From Kondoa subrosea (Eukaryota), in the NCBI GenBank assembly GCA_039545335.1, contig BCIN01000003.1, positions 1,499,941-1,563,940 on the forward strand: a DNA stretch of 64,000 nt. Reading direction: 5' to 3'. The notes beneath the pieces are model-generated. The model made no database searches, was not told the origin of the DNA, and was given only the letters and a program-made list of their open reading frames with translations. Shown piece by piece: positions 25,664 through 40,786 of this stretch (positions within the stretch are counted from its first letter, which is position 1; every line of letters begins with the position of its first letter). The position numbers were made by a program, and so were the translations under genes.

Positions 25664-26894
25664 GAGAGCTATTGTTCGTAAGGTGGGGAGACAGCTGTAT
25701 AGTGGCTGGATTCGGTTTGACTTCAATATATTCTCTGTGGCCGCTTTCAGCCAACAGCCTTGTTCTCGTTCTTGTTAATCCGATTCCTACCTGCTGCTTC
25801 TTATACCACAGTGCACTTCTACTCCTCGTTATAGTCTTGCTGTATCGCTAGACCTGTGTTCCGCCGTTTCGGGAAAAGGTTGTCAAGTCGAAAATGATTT
25901 CTTGTCGAGAGCTTGGCTGTACTTGCAAGCGTCGTTGCTGTGTTCCAGTGATGCAGTGGCTCAACCTCAGCTACATCTCTGTATCACGCTCGGCTTGCTG
26001 TGCTTTTGCAATGTACTGCAGCAATGCAGTCTGCACAACGCCCAAGTGTTACTTGAATTGCTCTCCCTTCGTTGTGTTTCTTCTTTTGCGAGTGAGGCAC
26101 AGCGTCCTGCTTTCGCAGAGCTGTCTCTTAGTTTGCCATGCGCAGAAAGATCTTTATGTGTAATCTCGAGCAGTACTGTTAGGTGTATTGCGAGACTTCT
26201 GCTTCCGGCGTATCCCATGTTACGACGGTCCGATGCATTGGTCTTCAGAGCTCGTTGTCAGGCGTTCGACGGGTGCTGACAGGCTCAATAACCCATTCTG
26301 TTTCTTCTTCGAGCTCGACACAGCTGATGGTCCAGGCTGTTGAAGGTGAAGTCACTGTCTGCTATGTAATGCTACCGCCTGCTGATCAACTCTGAAGGTT
26401 TCATAAGATTGACTAAAGGGAATGTCGCTCCGAGCTCATAGCGTAGAGCAGGAATCACGCGAAAGGAAAGTCCAGGGAGAACAGTGTAGTATAGTATGCA
26501 TTACAGTATCGCCTCTAGAAAGCCTAAAGCAGGTCAACTGTTCTTTGCTTACCTTTAACCGCGACATCGAGCGAAACCCACTCAACACTGCTTCCAAAGC
26601 TCCTTAACGGCTGACACGTTTTCCTATTGGCTCATTCTGTGCCTATAGCACGCTGCTCTTGACTTCTTGCATGGCATCGCAGTAAGACAGGCAGGAAGCG
26701 TTGAAATAACTCAACCTGCAATTCCACTATAATCTAGCACATTGAAGGGCAGCAACAAGGGCCGCTTCGTACCGTCAAGAGTAGAGCATTGGTTTGCTCT
26801 GCATATACGGCCTGGCTCTTTGTTCCGTTCTGGCTAGCGAGGCTCAGTCTAAACTCCACGATTTACGCACTTGTACTGGTCTAAGCAAGTCGCA

Positions 26895-30790
<3,896 letters not shown>

Positions 30791-31003
30791 TCAACTTCCT
30801 TCTACTGTATTGTGTATAGAAGTTTTTAGATCATCGTTTGGGCTTATCGTACAGGGAGTAAAACACAGCAAAGGGCTACAATCTTTTGAACACTTATGGA
30901 CGGAACAAAACTTGTGTATATGCATGCTTTTTCAATACCAAAGGAATCACTACCACTTGATGATTACTGCCACTCTTTGCTTGCTTTGACTTTCTTGTCC
31001 GCT

Positions 31004-32044
31004 CTAGAGCAACATTACCATAGCCATTACCATGCTAACCCAGCCTACGACCATCTTTCCAGCTCCACTCTTGGCTTGCTGAGGTTGAGCGCTAGGAGTA
31101 GTGACAAGAGTAGCAATCTTCTCCGAAAGAGCCGCGAGAGTAGGTTGAGGGATTGGTAATTCCGTGAACGGTAGGCTAGTGATAGCTGATGGTGTAGCCA
31201 AGGGAGCAGAAGCACTGGCTACGTAGTATGATGCCCATGTACCGGATACTGGTTCTCGTGTGTAAGTAGGGTAGGCGTAAATGTTGCTCAAGACGGGAAT
31301 GTCCTGTATCAATTACAATAACACTATCATGTAGAGTTGTAGCATATCACTCACTGTTCCACTATCGTTGTTTCAAATCGATTCGGTAATTGCAGAAGCT
31401 TGTTCTTGAGCAGACGAGACGGATCTGCAGTTGGAATGCTTCGTTAGCTGAGACAGCAAGAGAAGCAATCCAACGCACCCTGGTGCAACACTGCTAGTAA
31501 CTACCGTAGAGTTGGCTATAGCGCAAAGTTCATCTGCAGCCAATTGATTTGGCAACCATTCTCTGCGAAGAAAGGATTAGGACTGCAGCGGAAGAGAACT
31601 ACAGACATTGAACTCACTTGCAGTAGGTACCGAAGCTCCAGCAATCACTGAAGAATCATGAGTGCTCCTCACAAGGCAATAAAGAATGATAGCAGCTCAC
31701 GCTTGACCTTGTTGTGCTATTCGGTTTGGTCAACACTCATATTTCTGATCAAGAGATAGACTGAAAACGAACCTTCACAGTAACATATAGCTAATGTTCC
31801 TGGACTGACACCAGGTTGAGCAGCCAGATTATCGCATTGGATCTTCAAGTTGCTAGCGGTGTTCAAACAGTTCATGAGAGCACTGTCAGGACACATCCAG
31901 CTGATTCACATTAATATCAGTACTGCAGTAAAATAGACAGTATGATGGATCTGACCAGCCTGTAGTATCGCCCGGACATTGCTGCGCTTGGCTCAATGGC
32001 AATAAAGTGGCTATAGCAAGAACAATAGCGGCGAAGGAGTACAT
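31004..32044 (-). CDS. Small secreted Cys-rich protein, probably GPI-anchored, multi-exon
   Basis: Signal peptide MYSFAAIVLAIATLLPLSQA, several Cys-containing short exons, S/T/P-rich stalk and hydrophobic C-terminus VVGWVSMVMAMVMLL*. Confidence 0.7.
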
Positions 32045-32492
32045 TGTGGTAGCGGGAGGTTGGATGCTTGATTTTCGCAAACAAGACAAAAAATTCGCTT
32101 GAAACAGACAAGGCAATCGAAAGAGAAGAGGAAGACGAAAGTAAATGTGAAGAGAGAGATAGAAACGCAAAACCTTTTCACGTCATTTCTTCTTGTGTTT
32201 TGACCTAGCATTCCATTTATCAACGGCACTGGAACCTTGGCAACGCCCACTCTTTCGACTGAGTACAACAGCAGCAAACCCAGCCATTTGGATAAGCCAG
32301 TACCAGCGGCCTTTCGAACGATACAAAAAGACACAAAAGAATGTTGGATCAAAGACGTGCGAGTTGACATGCATGCGGCTTTGCCGCTTTTCTGTGAAGC
32401 TCTTCTCGCACATATTCAAGAACAAGACAGCCCGAAGACATCGCGATAACAGAACAAGCGCAATTTCTTAAATTAAAGTCTTGTCTTAAACG

Positions 32493-33483
32493 ATGACTTC
32501 AACGGATCCTTTAGAGAAAGCTATCCTCTCTGGCGCTCTATCAGGTCAGCAGCAAGGTCCAGATCCTGATGCCTTGCCACGTCGGTCTACATCGCCTGAC
32601 TCAGTGCATTCGAATGAACAACAACAACAAGATGCTGATGAAACACCAGCTTTTGAAGCTCCTCCTGTAACCAAGAATGGATCAAATGGAGGTGCAAGAA
32701 AAGGAGAAGCAACTCAAACTGGTCCAAAAGGAGTATTGACGGATTATAAAGCTTCTCGTACAAACAACAATAAGAAAACTACAGTAGAAATACCTGCCGC
32801 TTCGGCTTATCGTTCTGCTGTACCTCCAGAAGATTCAGATAGCGAGGATGATGAAGAGGAAGAGGAAACGAGGAAATATGGGCAAGCTAGAATGGGTGAT
32901 ATGCGGTTAAGTGATAGAGAACGGTTGGAGAGCGGGAAGAAGCGGTTTGGTCAATTGAGGGAGATCAACGCTGCTTCGTTTGAGAAAGCTGTATTGGATG
33001 AAGAGCGTGGTGTGAAAGTGATAGTGCATCTCTATGAATCTGTAAGTCCAATGTTATTCTTATGCTGGTGAGACTTGTGTTCACCATGCGACTACAGGAT
33101 ATATCGAGATGTCTAGTCTTGAATCATCATCTCATTACATTAGCACATGAATACCCCTCATGCAAGTTCCTTATCGTCTCAGCATCAGATCTGGATTTCG
33201 CTACTGAATCTGGAGAAGTCGTTCTACCTACTTTGCTGGTTTACGAAGAGGGAGAACTCGTTGCCAATCTAGTTGCAGTAGATCAAGCTTGGGGAAGAAG
33301 CCTGGATTACAGTGTAGATGAACTAAAGCGAGTTCTGGTCGAGTACGTTCTTCTTGCTTTCAACAAAGTGAAGTCTCACTGACGACATGCTCCAGACACG
33401 ATGTATTACAACTAAAAGCTGGAGAGTTCTTGTCCATCTCTAGCAAAACAACATCTCAAGAGGAAGGTGATGATTTGGGTTAG
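32493..33483 (+). CDS. Phosducin-like protein (PhLP1 type), two introns
   Basis: TQTGPKGVLTDY motif; FGQLREI, VIVHLYE, LAHEYPSCKFL, VLPTLLVYEEGELVANLV thioredoxin-like domain. Confidence 0.88.
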
Positions 33484-33626
33484 CAGTAGATTCTGCGGGC
33501 TGTACAAGGGAAAGGGCATTCTACTTAGATCAGTATACCAACATTTGCAATACCTATCACGAATCATTTAGCTCGTCTTCACATCAAACGCGACTTTGCG
33601 ACACTTTCTGCTTTGATCAACGAGTC

Positions 33627-36393
33627 ATGCCGCCCAAAACCAAGGATTCACCAGAGATCACTGCCTTAGCTAGTTCTTTTGAATCTTTTGGTCTTTCATC
33701 AGCCAAAGCTGTGGAAGTAGCTCGCAACACGAAACAAGCTACAGCTTTTAAGGAATACTTGTCCCTTGAATCAGAGCAATTGCAATCTAAAGCTGGCTCA
33801 CTCAATTCTAAGCAAGGCAACCTACTCTTCCAGCTTGCTACTAGTAATGAGACTTTGAGCGAAGAGGGCAGAGGATTGATTACAAAGGAAATATTGGATG
33901 AACGCTTGTTATCTGCAGATCAAGTCACAGGTCAGCTGGTTCTTCGCTGTAGCATCTTAAAGATGCTCAGGCTTCAGAATTGGCATGACAGAGGCTATCA
34001 AGTACTGCTCAAGTAATTCTGAGATCAAGCAAGATGAATTCGAGAAAGCTACTGGTATTGGCTACTCCATCACACCAGAAGAGATTCAAGCTATTGCTAG
34101 AGATTGGACAGGTCAACGTAAAGAAGAACTCGATCTAACTCGTTGGGCAGGAATAGGCAAAACTATGGGTGCTTTGAAATCAATCGCTTCTTTACGTTGG
34201 GCTGCTCCTTTGGATCTCAAGACTGCTACGGAAGCGGTTTATCTGGAAATCTTCGGTCCTAAAGAGGATAAAGCTACTTTGAAATCAAGGCAAAAGGTAG
34301 GTTTCTTCGATTGCTCTTTACCTTATGTAATGAGCGTGATCGCGGACTCTACAGGAAAAAGTTAAAGCTTCTAAACCTGAGGCATCCACTTCAACTCTCG
34401 CAGCAGCAAACTCAGCAGATTCTTTATCCGAAACCAAAATGTTTGAAGAAGGTTTCCTAGCTCGTTTACATAAACCAGGAGAAAACCCACAAGCTAATCC
34501 TGATCGAATGAAAGAACACTTATCTTTCACTCAAGGCAAAGTTTTCACTCGTTTCCCTCCTGAACCAAATGGTTATATGCATATCGGTCATCTGAAAGCT
34601 TTGGTTATCAATTTCGGTTTTGCCAAACATCATGGTGGTCATTGTTATTTACGTTATGATGATACGAATCCTGAAGCGGAGAAACAAGTTTATATTGATG
34701 CGATTTTGGAAAGTGTTAGATGGTTAGGATTCGACCCGTTTCAAGTCACTTTTGCTAGCGATCATTTTCAAAGATTGTTTGATTGTGCAAAAGAATTGAT
34801 CAAGAGAGGTTTGGCTTATGTGGATCATTCTACTGGTGAGTTCTACTTTCCCATCGCTCGTCGAGCTATCGGGTAAGGGTCGGACTTACAGCGGAGGAAA
34901 TGAAGATTCAAAGAGGTGGAGAAGAAAGAGGTCCTAGAGTTCCTTCGAAATGGAGGGACAGACCTATTTCGGAATCGTTGGAAGAATTTCAAGCTATGCA
35001 AGATGGAAAATATCAACCTGGACAAGCCGTTTTACGAATGAAGCAGAATTTGGAAGACCCAAATCCTCAAATGTGGGATCTGGTGGCATATCGAGTACTC
35101 AATACCCCTCATCATCGAACTGGTGATCAATGGAAAATATACCCTACATACGATTTCACGCATTGTTTGAACGATAGCTTCGAGAATATCAGGTTCGTCT
35201 AGGATTTGGCTATAAGCGAAGTGCATCGCTCAAGCCTAAGTCTCGATACGAACAGTCATTCACTTTGTACCGTCGAATTTATCTTATCTCGCCAATCATA
35301 CGAATGGCTCTGCGATGCATTAGACATGTATCGACCTCGTCAATCTGAATATGGTCGACTCAACTTGCAAGGTACAATAACATCGAAGCGGAAATTGAAG
35401 AAGCTCGTCGACGATCATCATGTCAAAGATTGGGATGATCCACGTCTCTATACTTTAGTCGCTCTTCGCAGACGTGGTGTTCCTCCTGGCGCTTTAAGAG
35501 CTTTCATCAACCAGCTCGGCGTATCTACAGCCCTTACAACTCTTCCTCTTGTCCGTCTCGACTCTACTATCCGTCAATACCTTGAAGTCCACACTCCTCG
35601 ACTGATGCTCGTTCTTGATCCCCTCAAAGTTACATTAGAAAACCTGCCAGAAGATTACGTAACGATGATCGAACGTCCCTGCCACCCAAAGAACCCAAAC
35701 ATGGGAACAACCTCTGTTCCTTTCACTCGAACAGTTTATATCGATCGATCTGATTTTCGGGAAGAAGATTCAGCAGATTATTTCCGTTTAGCACCTGGGA
35801 AATCAGTTGGTCTGCTATACAGCGAAAGACCAATCACATGCACATCTTTCAAGAAGAATGATCAAGGCGAAATTATCGAAGTGATTGCCAAATTCGAGAA
35901 CGAAGGACCGCTTTTCAAACCGAAAGCTTTCATCCAATGGGTCGCAGAACATAAACCTAGTGGAAGTCCAGTCATTGTTGACGAAGCGAGAATGTTCAAT
36001 CCACTCTTCAATACCGATAACCCAGCTCAAGCAGATGATTTCTTGGCTGATCTGAATCCAAACTCGTTACAAGTAGCAAAGAACGCGATGGTTGAGATCG
36101 GTATATGGGATGTAGCTACCCAAGGCCTGAAGGCGGCAAGAGAGGAAGCGAAAGAGCGCGAAACAATAGCCCAAAGCGATAAATCTGCCTCGACTCCAGC
36201 TATTCAGTCTTCAGATCTTGTTGGATTTGAATGCGTTCGCTTCCAGGGTCTCCGAACAGCCTACTTCTGCGTGGACAAGGATTCGAAGATCAAAGCGGTA
36301 GAAGAAGGGTCAGAGAAGGTGTATCACTCCGAGGTAGACAGACTGGTTCTCAACACTATTGTTGGATTGAAGGAGGATAGCTCGAAGAAATGA
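33627..36393 (+). CDS. GLN4: Glutaminyl-tRNA synthetase, multi-exon
   Basis: [76 protein letters not shown]. Confidence 0.97.
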
Positions 36394-36493
36394 TCTTAGA
36401 CATAGACTGTACTTTGCATTTGCATGGGCTATAGACTTTTTATGCATATTTATTGACGAATTTCTAGTTTACGTAATCGATCAGACTCTTCTT

Positions 36494-39400
36494 TTACTTC
36501 AATTCATGCTCTTGCTCGCTGATCTCCAGGTTTTGAGCCGGATCAATGCTCATTTGTGCATCTGTAAAGCGCTCGGGATGGAACTCTCTCTTGACGAAGA
36601 TGGTGTATTCAGCACCAAAGAAGCGAGTGCGAATGTTGGCGATGACGAGGCGGAGAAGGAAGGCCGCCGCTGTCCAAAGTAAGCCGCCAACGGGACTGTA
36701 AGTGGTCCCAAGCAATTTCAGATCCAACGGATCATAGTGATCGCAATGACACTTACGCAGCAACGAAAGCGCCAAAGGTAGACCAGTCCGAGGCGTATAT
36801 GCCAGACTCAAGAATGAGAACACCTGCTGCTCGAGATGCATCGCCATTGTAATAGACCAAGCCGAAAAGGAAGACGGTGAACAGTCCTGTAAGTCATCGA
36901 GTCTCAACTGAGTGCTTGCACAAGAGATCCAATGGCTTACCTCCTAAACCACCAACAACCACATCAAAGCCGTTCATAAAGTACAAAGCTGGTACCAGAC
37001 CGAGCAAAATGGGTGGAAAGATGGCAGCCGAGACCAGATCGGAAATGAGGTAAAGAACCAGGATATCCTGTCATTGCTATCAGCGGACGATTCTCCAAGT
37101 ATCGGACATTTCGTACCAAGTTCAAGGTAGCCACAACAATAGCTGGAATGTTGACCAATAGGACCAGGCGAACCCACCAAAGATTGAGCTTGTTTCGGAA
37201 AACATCATTGCTGATTGAAGCGACAATGCCGCATTGCAGAGTATCGTAAGCTGCACAAGACATGCAGATGGCGAAGATGATACAGAAGCCAACCACCCAA
37301 GCTGGAAGTAAAGCGATGAGGTAGAAAAAGGCTGAAGAAGCTGCAACAGTATCGGCTGGATCGACAGCTCCTGACCACTGTATGTCGTGCATGGTCGTGA
37401 GCTAAGAGGTAGCTATCGACTACGTGCAACATACGACAGCGAGCATGCCCGTAATGCCAACCAAAACAAGGATGATAAAGACAAAAGCTGCTGCCAATGA
37501 GCATCCAACCCAAAGATCTAGGTACGTGTTAGTCAGCGCACATAGCTTGTGGCTGTGTGCAGGCGGACCTTTGTCGGTCTTCGAGGAGAAAGCTCGCTGC
37601 CAGAAACCAGTCAAGAAGTAATAGTTTGTTATGACCTGTCAGGTGGTCTTCAGACAGGACGCCAAGAACAATTACATGAAGTAGACTGACAGCAACAGGC
37701 AGGACTGAAAAGAGCATTAAGCTAGCACCTCAAGTAAGAATCATTGTCACATACTATATAATAGTTGCCATCCGAGCAAAGTACTGCCAGTCAGATTAGT
37801 CGAATTGACGATAGCTTGATCCTGTACACCACCATCAGAAAGAAGCTCAAAGACTAGGCGAAGTCTGTGGCGACGCACGATATTGACTTGAGTTCCCACA
37901 GCAATACTGCAAACGATGAGTAGGATGACAATCATGACTCCTTGAACATTGTCAGTAATGAGTGAAGTTCGGAAGCCACCAAGCGCTGCGAGTCAGAACC
38001 GGGTACCCATTAGCCTAAGTCAAAGCACCGTCTTTGCACTCACCAGTATAGATCAAAGTAACTATGACTTCTACGATCGTAGCGGCCAGACCACTCATTC
38101 CAGTTAGACCAGTGACGACGTAAGAGATCGAAGTGAGTTCAGAACACATGTAAATGAACTGTTCGCTTCACTTCAGCTTGATCAGTGGTACTGAGGGAAG
38201 TATCTTACGAGAGTCAAGACAGTGCATGCACCAACAAACAAAGCTGGAATGACGCCAAATCGCTCGCGAACATATTCAGTCAGAACGAAACCATGAGGAC
38301 AAGCTTTTCGGATCTTGCTAGCCAAATACGGGAAGGTCATAATGGGAATAGCTGAGGCGAACTGTCAGCATCGAGGCCTCACATCAATGCTAAATTGATT
38401 TCGCCTCTGTGTTCACTGACAGCGTATATAATGATTCCTTGAACTCCAGCAATGGTCCCAATTTGCGGATACTGACTATGCATCAGCAAAGTCCTAGCAG
38501 GAATAGCATGAACATACAGTGAACAGAATGCCAGAACCAAGACCTGGAAAAAGTCAAGTCAGTATGCTCAGTCAATTCTTACGAATAAAAGCGCCAGCGC
38601 GGAAAAAGCTTGTGGTAAAGCCAAACAAAGCATTTCGAAACATCGAAGTGGGATTTCCATTGCATCTCCTTTCCGCGCGAATTATCGCTTTCAAGTTCAA
38701 GCAGTTTTTCCTTTTTTGAATTAGGAAATCTCAGCCATTAGAGCAGGGATTTTGTTCCATTCCTTCTTCGCTAATCTCTGCTTGGCATTGCGCTGACATC
38801 CTTGATATGACTTCTCCTTTGTACAAGCATTAACCCTCTTCTCATCGACGAGAACGAGGAGGGTAGAACGCAAAAGCAGAAGTTATATCAAGGAAAGGCA
38901 AAAGAGAATTGTGAAGCAGAAAGGAAGCAAAGCCTCTCTATAGCACCCGCGATGCAAAGTGTCCATATATATTTCGATATTTCGCTTTGTGCAACTTGAC
39001 ACCAACTCTTTGAAGAAATTTCGACATACATTGATTTTGTGAGGATGAATGCAGTCTCTTAGCTCAAAGAGTTGTTTGTAGGTAAGGTAAAAGAGTGCTT
39101 CTGTGATTGTCCGCTCGAATTGTTCCGATCGCCAAATTTGGGTTTCCGTCAAACTTTCCGATAGTCATTGTGTAACTAACCAGAAGCAGCGAAATTGAGA
39201 GCCAAAGGGAAGGCTAGAATAACGGATTAGTAGCAGCCTGGGCCAGGAGGGCAGGACAGACCAGTCTGAGTACGAAGAGAGCTTAGATAATCTCCCTTGG
39301 AGTTCCGAAAACGCCAGCCAACAGCGAGACCGAAGATCAAGAAGACGCTGTAGGTAGTGTAGATGATGCCATTCGAGGCAGGTTCAGAAGGGAAACCCAT
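36494..39400 (-). CDS. Sodium:solute symporter, DUR31/NCU01977-type (probable thiamine transporter), multi-exon with one 637-nt intron
   Basis: MGFPSEPASNGIIYTTY..., YLSSLRTQT|AFPLALNFAAS|GLGSGILF, GGFRTSLITDNVQG, GFWQRAFSSKTD, CAAYDTLQ; carries an intronic TPP aptamer. Confidence 0.85.
38660..38957 (-). promoter_or_regulatory. Intronic TPP riboswitch aptamer with very long P3 arm
   Basis: RNA reads UUGCAUC(P1) GCGG GUG CUAUAGAG...~200 nt...CUCUAAUGG CUGAGA [hairpin] AA CUGC UUGAA CUUGAAAGCGAUAAUUCGCGCGGAAAGGA GAUGCAA(P1'). P1 is 7 bp, P2 is GCGG/CUGC, and the UGAGA and AUAAU signatures are present. Confidence 0.88.
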
Positions 39401-39868
39401 GCTTGAGTCTTGCGATTGGATTCGATTGTACGAGGACAAGATGTGACTCGAAACTATTTCTGGTCTGCTCGTCTCAGCCACTGCCATATATGCTCCGCTT
39501 GTCCAGTACAACATTCATGCATGGCTCATCCCTTCTCAGTGCCGGTCGCTGCATTGTAATGCACACTAGATTGCCAATCCAAACTTTCTTGATGCATGAC
39601 CTCCCTGTTCTTGCAGAGCCTTGATAGTCTTGCGCTCTTATGTTATAGCTTCTGTGCTCGTGCACTCTCTACTCGTCATGTCGCAATCCGCGCTGGAGAA
39701 TGTGCCTTGGTTGAGAAAGTGCCCATTCCACGGGCAGAACTAGATTATCAACAAGGCGTGAGGCGATCTTTTTGATTAGCCTCTCCTCTCTTCCTTCTTC
39801 TTCCTTACATACCTATTTGCACATCCAAAAGCTTGGATCCTTATCACGAGTCACGAAACTTACGAACA

Positions 39869-40551
39869 AGTCAGTTCTTGTTACAATTAGATGCTCGAAC
39901 GCGTCTCTAAATTATTCCTTTATCGCTACAGTGTTTCCCAAATTCATTCAAAAGGTGTTCGCCTTGGGCAACAGCAAGAAGCACAACGATTCCGAACTCT
40001 CTGCAGCTCGCGTTGCTCAAGCTCTAAACAAATCACTCGAAGTCTCTTCACGAAAAGTAGAAGCACCTCCTCCACGTCCTTCTACCCCTACCAATCGCTT
40101 GACCTCAAGCACAGCTAGTACTCCATCAAGTCGAAAAGGTTCTCTTTTACCTTCTTCAGCTTCCTTAACTAGCTTCTTTTCCCGTTCTTCATCAATGAGT
40201 GAAGATAATAATGATGGTTTCGATTTCAAATGCTGCTCACCTGCCAATTCACTAGAAACTGGAATCTTTACAGAAGAACCTTTGTACATTTTGGAGGAAG
40301 CTACTTTATTACCTCCTCTACCTTCACTTTCTTTGGTTGAAGAACTTCAAGCTTACACTTGGTCTTCTTCTTCTTCAGCTGTCGTTCGCAAATCTTCTTC
40401 TTTGAAAATGAGATCAAGACGCGATACTTTGTGCAAACGGGTGTCGGATGAAGCTTTGTTCAACCCAATTAGAGATGCAAAAAGGCAATCAGGGGATAGT
40501 GGGGAAAGCTCTTCGAGCGAAGGAGCTCCAGTCAGCTTAGCCTGGATCTGA
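39869..40551 (+). CDS. Ser-rich hypothetical protein; start codon apparently assembled by splicing (A|TG)
   Basis: Long open frame with no upstream ATG. Intron GTCAGT(39870)...CTACAG(39931) joins A to TG, giving MFPKFIQKVFALGNSKK. Confidence 0.55.
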
Positions 40552-40786
40552 GGCAAGAGAAAGGATGGGAACAGGCAAGGGCAGGGCCTCGGGTGTAAAT
40601 GGTGTCCAAAAAGTGTTACGACACATCTTTCAGTTCAGTCAATTTGGTTACAAACAGTTCAGTCTCCTGGTGCACGAGTCGGTCTTTTGTTGTACATAGC
40701 ATATAGTTTTACGATATCACGAAAAAGTTGGCAATGCAATATTTACGAGGAAGTACAAACAGGTTTCATTATCATTACTCTACTAC

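Noticed and set aside
24045..26607. Short ORFs flanking CWC24 (e.g. 24045-24386, 25902-26279, 25967-26218)
   Set aside because: No recognisable motifs or consistent exon structure; better explained as UTR or promoter sequence.
26425..26840. RNase P/MRP-like P4 pairing (GGAAAGUCCAGG at ~26465 with CCUGGCU at ~26811) upstream of YAK1
   Set aside because: Only 7 bp. It lacks the CCCC/GGGG P4 of MRP and convincing other conserved regions; chance in a long leader or promoter is likely.
38779..38800. First guess that the TPP aptamer 5' strand was GAUGUCAGCGCAAUGCC
   Set aside because: Poor P1/P2 pairing. The true 5' strand UUGCAUCGCGGGUG lies at 38944-38957, and this segment is part of the long P3.
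39460..39490. Second CUGAGA motif upstream of the transporter start
   Set aside because: No P4/P5 arm or P1/P2 pairing nearby.
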